64,000 nt of DNA, from assembly GCA_964247055.1 (NCBI GenBank), contig OZ176054.1, positions 11,780,001-11,844,000 on the forward strand. Direction: 5' to 3'. The DNA comes from Paragordius varius. Lineage: Eukaryota; Animalia; Nematomorpha. Positions 14,650 through 28,199 of the stretch are shown here, piece by piece; within the stretch, counting starts at the first letter, position 1; every line of letters starts with the position of its first letter. Below the pieces are notes generated by a model that was not told where the DNA came from, searched no databases, and saw only the letters and a list, made by a program, of their open reading frames with translations. Both the position numbers and the translations under genes were made by a program.

Positions 14650-17600
14650 GCTTTCTCAATATTATAACATATGTAATTATTACGCATTGACTATTTCATG
14701 TGTAAAGGTCAAGGTTTAAAAATCATTTATCCATTTTTGAGGAAAGTTTATGATTTGCATTTGATTCCATAAGAAAATGTTCCGGCTGGAATATTAGTAT
14801 ACAAACTGCGGCCCGTATCGCGTTTTTTCCAACCCGTCGCCAAATGACTTAGTTTCAAAAATCGGAAAAACGGGGAAGTCTATCAGCTTAAATAATAATT
14901 TTTCTGTTACGAGTACATCTTAGCCATTTTAAAAAAATTAGCCATCCGTTTAGCAATTTAATAGGTTTTTCTACATTAGATTTTAATTCCGGACGTGAAC
15001 GCCTAATTGAAAATAAAAGTATTTTTATTGTTGCGAATGCGACGTGGATGGCTGAGTCATTTTAAAGATAATTCCTTAGCTTATTAACTTTTTACTTTAA
15101 TGTTCTGTTTGTATTGGGGAAGTTTTATATTCCAGAGCTCAATTTTGTAAGTAAACTATAGTTTTAAAAGATTATAAATTGTATTTGAAAACGGGGGTTA
15201 TCAAAAACTGATAAAACATTGTATCAGGATTATCAAGATGTTTGGTTTTGGTCCTTACAAGTGATATAAGAAATTTATTAATCTTTTGTGCTAAGTGCCC
15301 CATATTAAAAAATATTTTGATGATAGCTAAATGTTTTATTTCAAACATATCACGATAAAAAGCAAACAATTTTTTTTATAATATTTTATTTCTTAGATGT
15401 GGGCTCTAAAAGTCTCAAATTTTTATGCTTTTCTTAAACGGCGTAGTTATTTTAAAATAACGCAAAAATTCCGAAATTTCGCAATAAAATTTTAAATATA
15501 TGCTAAATTTTGACATCAAAAAAATATTTTTAAAGAAGCATATATTTATCAAAATTTTGCTGAAGCGTCTTCATACTATATTGCATGATAAAACGGTGTA
15601 AAAACGCTTTTAGACAATGGCACATGACTTTCTATACATTTGGTGATGATGATAAGCATTTCTATCGCTTTAGATTTTTAATTTAAAGCTTCGTTTAATT
15701 TCAAATTTCGATGAACTTTTATATAAAAACACAATTTATATTTGACATAAATTTGAAGACAAACGAATATATCAAAATTGTGAGGTGATAGAATATTCAG
15801 CATCATCAAGTTAAATAAGTGTTTTCATAATATGTAAATGCGTTTCATTTCGTTTTCATCATGCCTAAAAGGATTAAGTATGGGTCTACAAAATTTTGAG
15901 AAAATTTTGCACGATTTCTGCATTTTTTAATTTAGCATATATTTAAATGTATTTTTGCGTTCATTAAAAAAAGGGCCCGTTTTAGAAGAGCAAATTTCTG
16001 ACTTACGGAACCCACGCTTAAAATCTATGATATAAAAAAATGGTTTGCTTTTTATAAGTAGTTTATGATCTAATTTAGTGAGACTTTAAGGAAATATTAC
16101 AAAAATATGGTCATATTTTGCTATTTTCTGATATGCAGACACTACTCGTAAACCCCAAGACCAAAAGACCATGAGACTACTGATACATTTTCTATCAAAT
16201 TTATATTACATCATATATTTTTTCTCACTGTGTTAGATTAAAAAAACTTTTTGTAACTTCTATTTAGAAATTTTGTCAAATTAGTTAAATTTAAAAATAA
16301 ACAAAATAAGCCTGTTTCTCTCAATGGTATTTAAAATTTAACTTCTAATTGAATGAACACGATATTTTGCAAAATTTGAAATAAAATGGGGTCGAAGTAG
16401 TTTGATCTTGAACTTTTTTTCAATACTAAATTTTGTTTACATATTTCGGCTCATTTATATTATTATTAGGATAGAAACATAAATTTAATTGGGATCGTTC
16501 TACCAAAATAAAAAATGGTCTGGGGCATGACCCCTATTTGAATCTAATTGTTAAAAAATTTATAAAAAAATGCCGGCAAAAAATTTAATGATTTTTTTAC
16601 AATTTCGCTTTTTTTAATTTTTTTTACATATGCGCCCAAAAGATTAAAAAAGCATGTTTTAATTCGGCTTAATACCATAAATATATTTAAGCAAATATCA
16701 AATCGCCGTTGGAGATAAAGCTACCCCAAAAGTAATATAGTGTTAGTCAAGATGCGCCCCTATAAAAATAAATATTTTTTTTAGTCTAAAAACGAATAGG
16801 CCTATACGAAATAGTTTATTTGTATATAAATATCCCAGGTAACATTGCATTTGCCCTCGATTTGAAATTCAAACGTGGGATTTTTTTATGTTTTTCCGCC
16901 AGTGATTTGGCTAATTTATTATGTATACCCATCAATTTATCTCTACCTCTGGAAATGGGGCTTTTGAACAATATGGTTTTAAAGCAAACTTTAGTGTGGG
17001 CCCATTTGAATAAAGCGAAAAATTTTCAAATTAACTTTTTGAGAGTAACTAAGCTATTTTTGAATTTGCCCCTTAGTTCATTCCTAATCCCCTACGGTTA
17101 TTTTGAAATTAAACTTCGATACCTCATGAGGTAGTTTTGTAGTTCCGATGTTCAATTTAAAAACCTTAGAAAATATTTTAGATATTAAGCAAAATGAGCG
17201 AAATCATAAAAGTAAATTGATAATGATTCTCAATACAACTTAGCCGCCATTATTCTCTTTTGATTTTTATCGATAACAACAAGATGAATGTTTATTAATG
17301 CTAAAAAATCTTAAATTAAGTAGATCAATGTTTAATGTCTATATATTAATAAAAATGGAAAATGCTGGCTTTGTGATCTGTTTCCGAAAAACCAATAGAC
17401 CCATTCAAATGCTAATATCGAAAAAATGCAATCATTAATGAATGCTACGACAAAAGTTTCGCTCTTTTTTGAATTAGGCCCCCAGTTCGGGCCCACCCCG
17501 TGTAAAAAACGGGTTTTGAAAACACAAGTGCACAAAAATTGTGTATTTGAGATAATTTTCCGGAAAACGTGGACCATTCGATATCAAATATCATATTTTT

Positions 17601-17759
17601 TCACTTTTTTTGATTGCGCCGAACATTGTTGGCTCGCTTTTTTAAATTAGACCCTCTTTTTATCCGCTCCCCCCGTAACCATTTTTTTCAAAAAAAACGT
17701 CCACAAAAATAATTTTTTGAATCCATTTTTCGCCCAAGGTATGATATTATAAAAATTTA

Positions 17760-19200
17760 ATCAGGATTCTAGGTATTCCCTGTAAAAAGGCAAAAACTTT
17801 AGTCGTGCGTTTTTTTTATATTGGCTGCTGGGCAAGGAGATACCCGATAAAAACTGCCCCATCATATCGAAATAGCGTGCTTTAGGGGCTAAATTTCAGA
17901 AAACCTATCATGCCATATGAGCTCAATATGTGCTCAAAATATTACCTAACAAAGCTAAAATTTAAGTCGTGCGGTTTTTTAAATTATCACTTAATTAGGC
18001 CCTTCACCCCCTGAAAAATGTGACACCATAGAATGATTTTTTAGCTTTGAGGCAATTTTTCCAAAAACTATAAGAGCATATGGAATTAATCATGATTTTA
18101 GGTATAAAAAGGCAAAAATTTTAATCAAGCGCATTTTTTGTATCAGCGGATGGGTAGGGAGCTACCCGCCTTAAACTGCGCCACCATATCGAAATAACGT
18201 TGTTTAGGAGTTAATTTTAGAATTATCAGGCCATATAAGTTTATAATAAGGGCCTAAAATATTATCCGTAAAAGGGCAAAAATTTAGGTCGAACGGTTTT
18301 TTTATATTAGCCGTTAATTATGCCATTTACGCCCTAAAAAATGCGCTATCATTGAACTATTATATAGTTTCGAAGCCATTATTCAAAACTATTATGAACA
18401 TATGGAATGAATGATGCTTCCAGGTATTTCCCTATAAAGGCAAAATTCTTTATCGCACGTCTGTTTTATATTGGCAAGTAGGGGGCTATCCGCCTACAAC
18501 TGTGCCATTGGAGTCAAATTTTAGAAAACTTATCAGGCCATATGAATATAAGGGCTTGAATAATACCCCTAAATTTAAGTAGAACGGTTTTATTAAATTA
18601 TGCCTTAATTTGGCCCTTGCCCTGACAAATGCGCCACCATTGAATGACTTTTTGATTTTGAGACAATTTTTTGAAAATCCCACGAGACAATATGGAATTA
18701 ATCATGATTGCAGTTATTCCCCTATAAAGGCAAATTTTTTTATCGAACGTCTTTTTTAAATTGGCCTGTAGGGGGCTAGCCACGTAAAAATGCGTCATCA
18801 TATCGATACAGCATGCCATTATAGCCCAATTTTAGAAGACTTATGAGACTATGTGAGTTTAAAAAGGGCCTAAAATATTTATTACCCCTTAAAACAAATA
18901 TTTTAGCATAGAAGTTATTTTAATGCTAAGTAAACTACGCTAAAAATGCACCGGAGAACAATTTCTTAGCTTTTAAGCAATATTTCAAAGAACTTATAGG
19001 AACATATGAAATCCATGATAATTCCAGATATTTCCCATATAAAAACAAAAATTCCCAACGCATTTTTTATACCTGCCACTGCGTAAGGAGCTACCAGCCA
19101 AAAACTGCGCCACTATATAGAAATTGCGTTGTTTTGGAGCTAATTTACAGAAAATTTATGAAGCGATATGAGTGCATTAAAAACTTGAAATATCCGTAAC
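17760..19200. repeat. Diverged tandem array with ~160-bp subunits arranged as ~320-bp dimers (about 4.5 dimers)
   Basis: The AAAGGCAAAA motif or a degenerate equivalent recurs at about 17789, 18111, 18439, 18729 and 19044, with weaker half-period copies at about 17953 and 18275. Downstream motifs (GAGCTACCCGCC, CATATCGAAAT, CATATGGAATTAATCATGAT) recur in register. Confidence 0.85.
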
Positions 19201-19270
19201 TATGTAATTAAGGTCAGAGTCCATAAGCAAATTACACTCATTACAGTGATCAACTGCATCACAGGTTATG

Positions 19271-19312
<42 letters not shown>

Positions 19313-19635
19313 CATATATAGGAATTTTATAAATGTGTGTTTGTCAAAAATAAAGCTTTTTTTGCACGTTTCACCCAAAATGGCTTATGCTATTTTATAC
19401 CAAGATCATTGCTGAATATATTTTTTGTTAACATTGTTTAAATTTAGAGTGCTTGAGGTCTTTATATCCTTAAACCCGCTCAATAATATGTTTTTAATGC
19501 TATTTTACGCCAAAATTATGAGATCGTGAGCGTATAAAGGCAAAAATTCCCTTCCCTCCGCTAAGAAGTCTAACGGACCTCTTGGGGCGTAGCAGCCCGA
19601 GGTTTACGCTAATTATTGTTATAAAATCATTTTAA

Positions 19636-20165
19636 CACACTGGAATGCAATACATCATTTCAAACCTCCGATTCAAATTGGGCTCTTTGTGTAACCCACG
19701 CCAGATATCAAATGTTTTTAAAAATATGGAACAAATTGAAATCTTTGCAAATGTTTGCTATATAACCTAAATGCACCGATCACTTAAAAATACGTGATAT
19801 TACTTATTTTGAGAATAAACGTCAAGGTAAAAACTTAGTCAACATCGCATGTATGGATTAGCTAAATATAAAAATTAAGCAAAACAACCATTTTTTGGTT
19901 ATATCAATGTTAAAAGTTTAATCAAAAATAGCTTTAATTTAGCCATAAATAACGGTATTTTGCAAAAATATTGTAAATAAAATTGGCGTCGAAGTATTTA
20001 ATAGGAATTTTCTTCAAAACTAAATTTATATATGTATTTTGCCCTATATAATTTTTATTAGGAGAGAAACATAAATTCGAATCGGAGCCGTTTTTTCAGT
20101 AGTTTTTAAAAATATTTAAATCAGCTGGTGTGTGCCCCTTGCTCCTAGATACCCCAATCGAAGTG
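19636..20165. mobile_element. Degenerate copy of TTAA-type MITE family C
   Basis: ttaa|CACAC...CGATTCAAATTGGG at left, GATACCCCAATCGAAGTG at right; internal similarity to 39724-40297. Confidence 0.6.
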
Positions 20166-20626
20166 GAGTCGAAATAGCTTTTAAATCTATCCAAAATAGG
20201 GGATATAATAAAAATTCTGATTAAATATATTTATTATACTGATAGATAAATGTATAAAAATTTTCATCATGCTTTTGGTTATTGGCATTACAAGTGATAT
20301 AAGAAAAATATTTACACTTCGAAAAAACGCAAAATTTGCGCATATTAGGCTAAATAGAAATTTTCTGATAAAAGCTAAATGCTTAATGCTAAATAATATT
20401 ATTAATACACTATCATATATTTTATTTAAAATGCAAATAAATTTACCTATATAGCTAATGCGTCTATTTAGATATTTTTTAGCCTCTCAGATAAATGCGA
20501 TTTTATTTCTGGGTATTTTGAGTTATAAACATTTATTTTTTGACCCCATTTTGTTGCAGTGTAAAATTGGGTAAAAAATCTTATCATAAGTTATGATATT
20601 AATTAATGAACTTTAAAATTTATTAT

Positions 20627-22136
20627 TTAAATTTTGGTTATCACATATGCCCAATTTTCTTTATCATAAAATTTATCAATAATTTTAACATTCGGGATTT
20701 GCTTTAACATTTCGTCCAATGCATTTTCCCTAAAAACGTGATAAAATCTATAATAAGTTTTATTATTATTATCAATAAGGAATTTATCCGATTTCGATCT
20801 ATTGTCTAAAAATTTCCATGGGACCATAACATTGTCGGAAACAAAACTTTGTTTGCGGTCTTGAATCGCTAACATCGTAGTTTGATGCAATTGAGAAATT
20901 CGATTGTCAAGATCTTCTCCAGTACTACTAAATGATGGTTTTGATGGATTTTCATATGCCCATACGTATATTAAGGCTTGTCCACAAGGTTTCAAAACAT
21001 CAAGGATATTGTTGATTGCCAAAATGCACCGATCCTATATACATGCAAACTTTACAAAAATATGGTTAAATATCATAGGTTAAAAAGAACGATTTTTGAG
21101 TAATAATAATAATAAAACTAGACTAATTTATCTAGTTTTATAAATATCAACAGTATTGAAATCAATTTAATAGTTAGGATTTAAACAAATATCTCCATGT
21201 GGTATCTTCCAATTAACACTTCGATTTAAATTGGGGTATTTAAATACCCCTGGCTATATTTAAATTTATATTTTTAAAAAATACTGAAAGAAACGGTCCC
21301 AATTTAAATTTATGCTTCTATCCTAATCAAAATTATATAATTAAGCCGAAACACCTAAATAAAATTTGATTTTGAAAAAAAAGTTCCATATCAAATACTT
21401 CGACGCCATTCTTATCTTACAGCATTTTCGCAAAATATCGTGTTTATTTGATTTTAAAGCTAAAATGAAAGCTAATTTTTTATTTAAATCACATCTAACA
21501 TTGATAGAAAAAAAATGGTTTATTTTGTATCATTAGTAATGTTATAAGTGGGCATATTTTTGCCAAGGTTTCGATTCCTTCCATATTTTTTAAATTATTC
21601 AATTTTAAACAGGCCCGGGGTATCCAACTACCCAATTTGAATCAAAGGACTAAAATGAATGTGCTGTATCCTAACCTCTATATACGAGTTTTTATCTATT
21701 AAACGGGAAAACCCAACCCTATATCTAACTATATACTTGAGATGCAAAATGATGTAATACAGCTATACAGATACAAGCATCAAATATATTGAATCTAAAT
21801 GGGAGTTGCAAAGCATCCCCAGTTAAAACTTCAAATCCTCTTCCGTGCGCTATTTCCACCAAATTTGCACAATAATCCAAACCAATCCCAAATGATTCAA
21901 GTTCTCTAATTTTACTTTAATAATTAAACTTCATATTTAGATATTTTCCGTTCCCACAACCTACATCTAAAATTAAGGAATGTTTAGGCAGAGTATTTAA
22001 AAAAGCATCAACTTTAGGCCAGGCTTTATATCGCGTTTCACTAAAGTGTGGTGCTATATCGTGATACACCTCAAATATTAGCTATATAATTTACTTTATG
22101 CACGTAATTCTCTTCAAAAAATTCGGCATCTAACAT
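20627..22136 (-). CDS. Stand-alone Trm9/ALKBH8-type (TRMT9B-like) SAM-dependent tRNA methyltransferase, ~252 aa, 4 exons
   Basis: Exons 22136-22095, 22069-21930, 21905-21737 and 21034-20627 join in frame: EENYVHKVYHDIAPHFSETRYKAWPKV, LILDVGCGNGKYL, DACICIAVLHHFASQDR, VLKPCGQALIYVWAYE, YYRFYHVF. This matches the ALKBH8/Trm9 methyltransferase domain. Confidence 0.92.
21217..21672. mobile_element. MITE family C copy in intron 3 of the methyltransferase gene
   Basis: ttaa|CACTTCGATTTAAATTGGGGTATT ... GGGGTATCCAACTACCCAATTTGAATC. Confidence 0.75.
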
Positions 22137-22193
22137 TAGGTTTTTGATTTATTTTTTTAGCACGCTACTTTTCAAAATAATCCATATGTAATT

Positions 22194-24630
22194 ATGGATG
22201 ATTGCGAACAAAAAGCGCTAAATTTTTTAGCCGAAGGTGAACGTAAAGCAAAGTCTTCTAAAGGCGTGTTCAGCTCGATTTTCGGGTAAAAAATATTTTT
22301 ATGTTATAGAAAAGAGTCGTCTACGTTAGACTCAGCATGTGAATGTTTTGAAAAGGCCGGTAATAATTTTAAAATGGCCAAGAATTGGTCAGGTTTAATT
22401 TACATATATTTACGTATTACAGCTGCGGGAAAGGCATTTATGAGATCTGCCGAAATTCATGGAAATACGGGAAATAAACACGAGAGTGCTAATAAATATT
22501 ATGAAGCAGCCAATTGTTTTAAGAAAACTGATCCGCAAGGTTTAGAACTAAAAATTTATTTTCGCTTGCCATTTTTCTAGGTTACTAACATAGAAATTAT
22601 AAAAACATCATATCAAAAGTTATAAGTTAAAATTTTTGCAAAGAGATTTTTCTAATTTTTTCTGTCCTTAATCCGATTAGAAAGAGAAATTTGAGTGTAT
22701 TAGAATATATCATTCCTTTTTTCGCGACCTATGACGATGGGTGATTTATTAAAAAAACAACAAGTTACACATCTTTATGTTATACAAAAAATACCTAATA
22801 TTTGAATTTTATGTTTCGTCCGAATTATGCGTAAAACATACTAGATACTTTTTTCCACTTGGTATTTAGATGCGGTCAAGTGTTTGATGAAAGCCATCGA
22901 AATTTATACCGATTTGGGTCGTTTTACGATAGCGGCCAAGTATCACGCTAACTTAGCCGAAATATATGAGAATGAACTCAAAGATATACCCAGAGCCATT
23001 CAACACTATGAGCAATCAGCTGATTATTTCCGAGGCGAAGAGTCCAACAGTTCTGCCAATAAATACAGTCTGATAGTTGCAGGTCTTGAAGCCGAACGCG
23101 AAAACTATAATAAGGCCATAAAGATTTATGAACAGGTTAGGTTTTTTGCTTTGAAAAATTGCTTTAATCAATTACTTTTTTGAAGTTTAAAATGGAATTA
23201 GTTATATGTATGTATGGATAAATCGTAAAAGAGTTGGATATTAAAAAATGAGAAGAGGTGTAAAATATCGTGAAAATTATAATAAGGCTGTTAAATATTA
23301 AAAAATATAGTTTTTTGACCCTTTTATTCAATTGCTTTATTAAATAAAAAGGTAGATTTAAAAAATTTAGGTGTAAAATATCACAATTAGGCGATTAAAA
23401 TTTATGAATAGGTATTTTGGTCTAATCACTCTGCGTATATACTTTATTTTTATTTAACATTTTTTAGCCTTAATTTTTGTTTTTATAATACCGTTGAAAA
23501 AAAATATATACAATTACTCAGTGCACGCAACTTTTCACTTTTTTAAACCTAAATTCACCGATTAATATAATTAATCAATCAAGATTAAAATTCATATTTA
23601 TGCGCCTGAATCGTTTAAATTTGTAATCTTGTCAATTTTTACCCTATTTATAACATTTTTGAAATAGGGGTCAAAAAATTATTTTGCTATAAAATATTTG
23701 GAGATTAAAAGTTTTTTTCTGTGTAATTGAATCGTTTTATTTTTATTATATAAATATTCTTTCGAGTAATATTTATAATACCACTTATTATATAGGTAGC
23801 TACAAGTTCTATCGATAGCGCATTACTCAAATACAGTGTTAAAGATTACTTTTTTAAGGCTGCTTTGTGTCACATGTGCATAGATGTTTTGAATGGTGAA
23901 CAAGCACTTCAAAAGTAATATTTTAATTATAAATATTTTTACTTTATACTTTAAATTTTAGTTTATATATTAATTTATATTTTAAGTATGTTTTTTTACG
24001 TTTGACAAAGATTACTAGTAGTAATCGAAAATTTACAATAATTTCATAATTTTCGCTGAATTATAATTTCAATATAATATATTAGTATTAAATATTTCGC
24101 TGATTATCGAATATTTTATATTAACAAATGCCTAGCGTTTTCTTTTAAAATTTTAGTTTAATTTGATGTTGCAATTTTTTTGGACCGTTTTTAACCAGAA
24201 ATTTCTAAGTAAATGATTATTTTAACGTAAATTAAAAGTAATTTTATATTTTATTAAGGTTTATGATATAATTATTAACAATTTTACCATTTTATATTTG
24301 TTTTAAATTTTTAACATTTATCTTTTCTCATTTTCTAACAACCCTAATATAAACTCATTAAAAATTTAGCTTTTCTTCCCCACTCAATAAAATTCTAAAT
24401 TTTATTTCTTTTGATTTCGCTTTAGATACGAACAATTGTACCCGGCATTTGGTGATAGTAGGGAATGTAAATTCCTTAAAACCCTTTTGAAAACTGTTGA
24501 GGATCAAAATATTGATGCATTCACTGAGGCTGTTAAAAGTTATGATTCTATCTCCCGACTTGATAATTGGACCACAACCCTTTTGTTAAGGCTTAAACGC
24601 GCAATCTCCAACGAAGGAGATTTAAGATAG
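22194..24630 (+). CDS. NAPA: Alpha-soluble NSF attachment protein (alpha-SNAP), 6 exons
   Basis: [24 protein letters not shown]|[14 protein letters not shown]|AAGKAF..FKKTDPQ|[41 protein letters not shown]|[20 protein letters not shown]..|[30 protein letters not shown], collinear with animal alpha-SNAP. Confidence 0.97.
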
Positions 24631-25763
24631 TGAATTTTGCACAAAAAATGTGTTTTAAACTCTTTAATGTAAAAAAATCTTTAAAAAATGGTTTGAAATT
24701 TCATAAAAATGGCTAATATAGAATTCAATTGTGGAAAGTAACTAAATAAAATTTGAAGAACCATTTGTGTTTTTTTAGTAAAATTAATGACGGAGATTTC
24801 AGAGAGTGAATTGCAAAGAAATGTGTTTAACACATTAGTGCAAAAAAATTTACTATTTTTAGTTTAAATTCGATATTAATGGCAGGTTTAAAATTAGAAA
24901 TAATGCTTAACTTGATATTTTTAGTTTCAGAAAACTAAAAATTTAATATTAATGTTGTCTGTATGTGTGTATGATAAAACTTGGATCAATTTTTGTGCTT
25001 TTTTTTGTAACGCGAAATCTCAAACTAAAGAGATCTAACTTATATTTTCGACTGTAAAATATTCATTTTTAACACCTTTTAGTTTACAAAAAAAAATAAT
25101 GAATAAGTGTTTAATAAATTATCACCTAAAAACTTATATTAATTTCTGTAAAAATTAAAATCCTTATGAAAAAAAGTTAAATAGGATATCATGTTGTGTG
25201 TGATCTAAGCTTGGGACCAATTTTTATGCTTTTTTTTGTAAAAATTATACAGATTTTTTGCCCATATAAAATCCGCAAAATTTGCAATAATATACGCAAA
25301 CAAGCATTTTTCAAACATTATACCAATTGTTTCACATATTAAACACATTAATATAATATTTTATCCTTTGTATTTTGGTTTTTAATACTTAAGAAATGAA
25401 TGGGAATGATACAACAAAATATATGCTTTAATTTGGCTTTTTCCAGCAACTTTATTTTTTATTATATATAAAAAATGAAATATTTAGATAGCTTTTTATT
25501 GATTTTTTTGGTATGCACGAAAAAAATGGATCTAAAAAAATTTTATAGATTCCAATGTTAAATTTTTTTTGATTAAGTCTCTTTTTTCTCACTCAATTAA
25601 TTCCATCAATATATGTATATATATATAATTAGTTTTTTATTTTTTATCGTCTTTTCTAAAACCAAAATTATAAAATTATTATTTTATTGTATAAATATGC
25701 ATATATATATTAAATGTAATATATAATATATATTTGTTTAATATTTTTTTCATTTATTTATGG

Positions 25764-25764
<1 letters not shown>

Positions 25765-25815
<51 letters not shown>
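25765..25815. repeat. (TA)n microsatellite
   Basis: Longest perfect TA run in the window. Confidence 0.9.
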
Positions 25816-25821
<6 letters not shown>

Positions 25822-26604
25822 TTCTAAAAAATAAAATTTAATTATTCCTTGCATACCGAATATAATAAAAATGGATACTTGAATAGAGTAATTGACTAAA
25901 TATAGTAAAAATTTTAGTTTTATTTTTTTAACTTTCTTAATTCGTACGCGATCTAACTTGGTAAATGCTTTTTATCCTTATTAAACAACTCAAATGGTGT
26001 TGAATTATTAATTATGCATAGTAAAATAATCCGAATTCGCTTTTAACTTAAGTTTATTTTATTAATAAATAAATATTTTTGAGTTATATGGAGGAATGAC
26101 CAGGTATACCGAAAATGTAGTTTATATCGAAACAACTAATTTGGTTTATATTGCCTTGTTAATATAAATTACAGTAATAATTGAAATTATACAAGCAAAA
26201 ACATAAAGACTATTAATAGTAAAAAAAAACGCTATACATATTCACACTTGATTTTTCAAATATATATCATTTGTTTAAACTGCAAAGTACGAAATAGAAA
26301 TGTAAATTGGCACAATCATTAATTATATTTTTGAAATGGTAAATAAATAATTTATGTAGCAAAGTTAGCGTTTAAGTATGGCTTTTTCTTTTAAAAAAAT
26401 ATTAATTATGTTTTTACTTTGTTCTATTTTCCTAACCAATCTAAAAATTTGATATTATAAAAAAATCTTTAAAATTCTATTCTAACTCGCATGTTTGGAT
26501 GATTTGAGGGATTAGTTTATAATTTCGAATGATTTACTGGTAATAACTTTTATAATATCAAAATTTTTCAAACAGGGCTAAAATAGAACTTTTACTATTA
26601 AATA

Positions 26605-26888
26605 CTGTAAAAATTGTATACGAACGTGAAAATATAAAGACAAATATTTTTTTCTAAAAGACAACCATACTTTTTAAATCTTGATTTTTAAAAATATAAC
26701 TCGTTGTTTTAAACTACAAGTATAGAATAGATATGTAAATTGATAAAACAATTAATTATGTACTTTAGGATTATCTGTAAATGTTTATTTAGGATAAATT
26801 AAAATTTAAAAAAGTATGGTTGTCTTTTGAAAAAAAAAATTTATCTTTATATTTTTACATTTTGTCCGTGTAATTTTAATTTTTACTG
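26605..26888. mobile_element. MITE family A copy
   Basis: Same AAAGACAACCATACTTTT inverted motif; ends TTTTACTG|ta. Confidence 0.8.
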
Positions 26889-27018
26889 TATAATAATTAG
26901 GTATACACTTTCAGAAATGGAGTTCAAAGGTGTCAAGCAGTAAAATCAAAGTTGTCCAATTTTCCCTAGGCACATCAAAGCATTTATTTATATTTCAAAA
27001 TTTCGTTTTTCAAATTTA

Positions 27019-27189
27019 CATTATGCATTTTAATGGTTGTTTATTTCACACTATAGTATAGTAGGGGGCAATTTGCAACACAACAGTAGTGTATAGAAAA
27101 AACAAAAAAATGTTGAATAAACAATTATTTCATTTCTTTTTCCAAATTGCCCCCAAACGTGAAATAAGCAACCTTGAAAATGCATACTG
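27019..27189. mobile_element. MITE family B copy
   Basis: Matches 10667-10874 (TAGTATAGTAG..GGGGCAATTTGC core); ends AAATGCATACTG|ta. Confidence 0.72.
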
Positions 27190-28199
27190 TATACTTTTAT
27201 GATTGAATATCATAATTTATAAAAGATAGCTAATAGTTCTATACAAATTCAATTAAATAAACTAAAAAGCAAGTTTAAATCCAAATCATCCATTTGTTGT
27301 GGAAAAAGACGGAATGGGTAGGAGGAGTTTTTAATTGTTCGAGAAGATAAGGAATCGCACTGGTTAAAAATGTGTTTTAATGCTAAAAAACATTATTTTT
27401 TTAAGCATTATTTAAATCAATAAGGGTAAAAAATTTAAGACTAGAAAGAGACATAAATTAAATCGTTCAAGCAGAGCTTAAATCGCATTGCATGTTAAAA
27501 AAAATTCAATTTTTTTACCTATTTTGCGATGAAAGGAAAATGACGAGTTGGCAAAAAGTTAATTTCACCCATTAAAATATAAGAGTTAGAAAAATTTAAG
27601 CAAGGGGCCATCATTAAATATAGTGCGATGATTTAGATTCTAACAAAGAAAGAGCACCATTGTACGAAATTATCGGTGAAAAAGATAAGGATGGTCATAG
27701 CTAACAGAACATTCATCGTAATAAATGTAAATGAAAGTTAAATGTGACCAGTTTTAAAAACCTTTTTTTTGAAATCATAAATTGTCATAATTTAAACATC
27801 AACTATCTATATAAAATTGTAATATATTTTTTTAGATATTTTTAACACATCTTTGCCCGAAATATATTAACCTCCATATTTAAGCCAAAATACTAATTTA
27901 TTATAACTACAAGCAGTGTTAATACCCTAATAATAAATTAATTATTCTGATCTTTAAAAATAATAAAATTAAAATTTTTGGGGAAAATTTTAAATTGTTT
28001 GAGTCCCTCTTTGCCAATAAGTATACAATTAGCAATTAGTATGAATTAAATTATTACTATACCATTCTTATACCTTTTAAAATATCAAATCACTTTAGAA
28101 ATGTAATATTGATATCTTAAGATCTGATATCAATTTTTTTTATCAATTTTTCTGAATATTTTATTTTTTTTCATATTTATCGCATACAACAGAGCGTTA

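Noticed and set aside
17760-19200. CRISPR-like reading of the periodic array
   Set aside because: Eukaryotic context, whole units are homologous with no unique spacers, and no cas genes
9918-20454. Short AT-rich ORFs (e.g. 9918, 11500, 13035, 15172, 16820, 17332, 18486, 20269)
   Set aside because: F/I/K/L/N/Y-biased translations of introns, MITEs and satellite DNA
27200-27760. Faint resemblance to another decayed LINE fragment
   Set aside because: Only scattered residues match and several frames are needed; not distinguishable from chance
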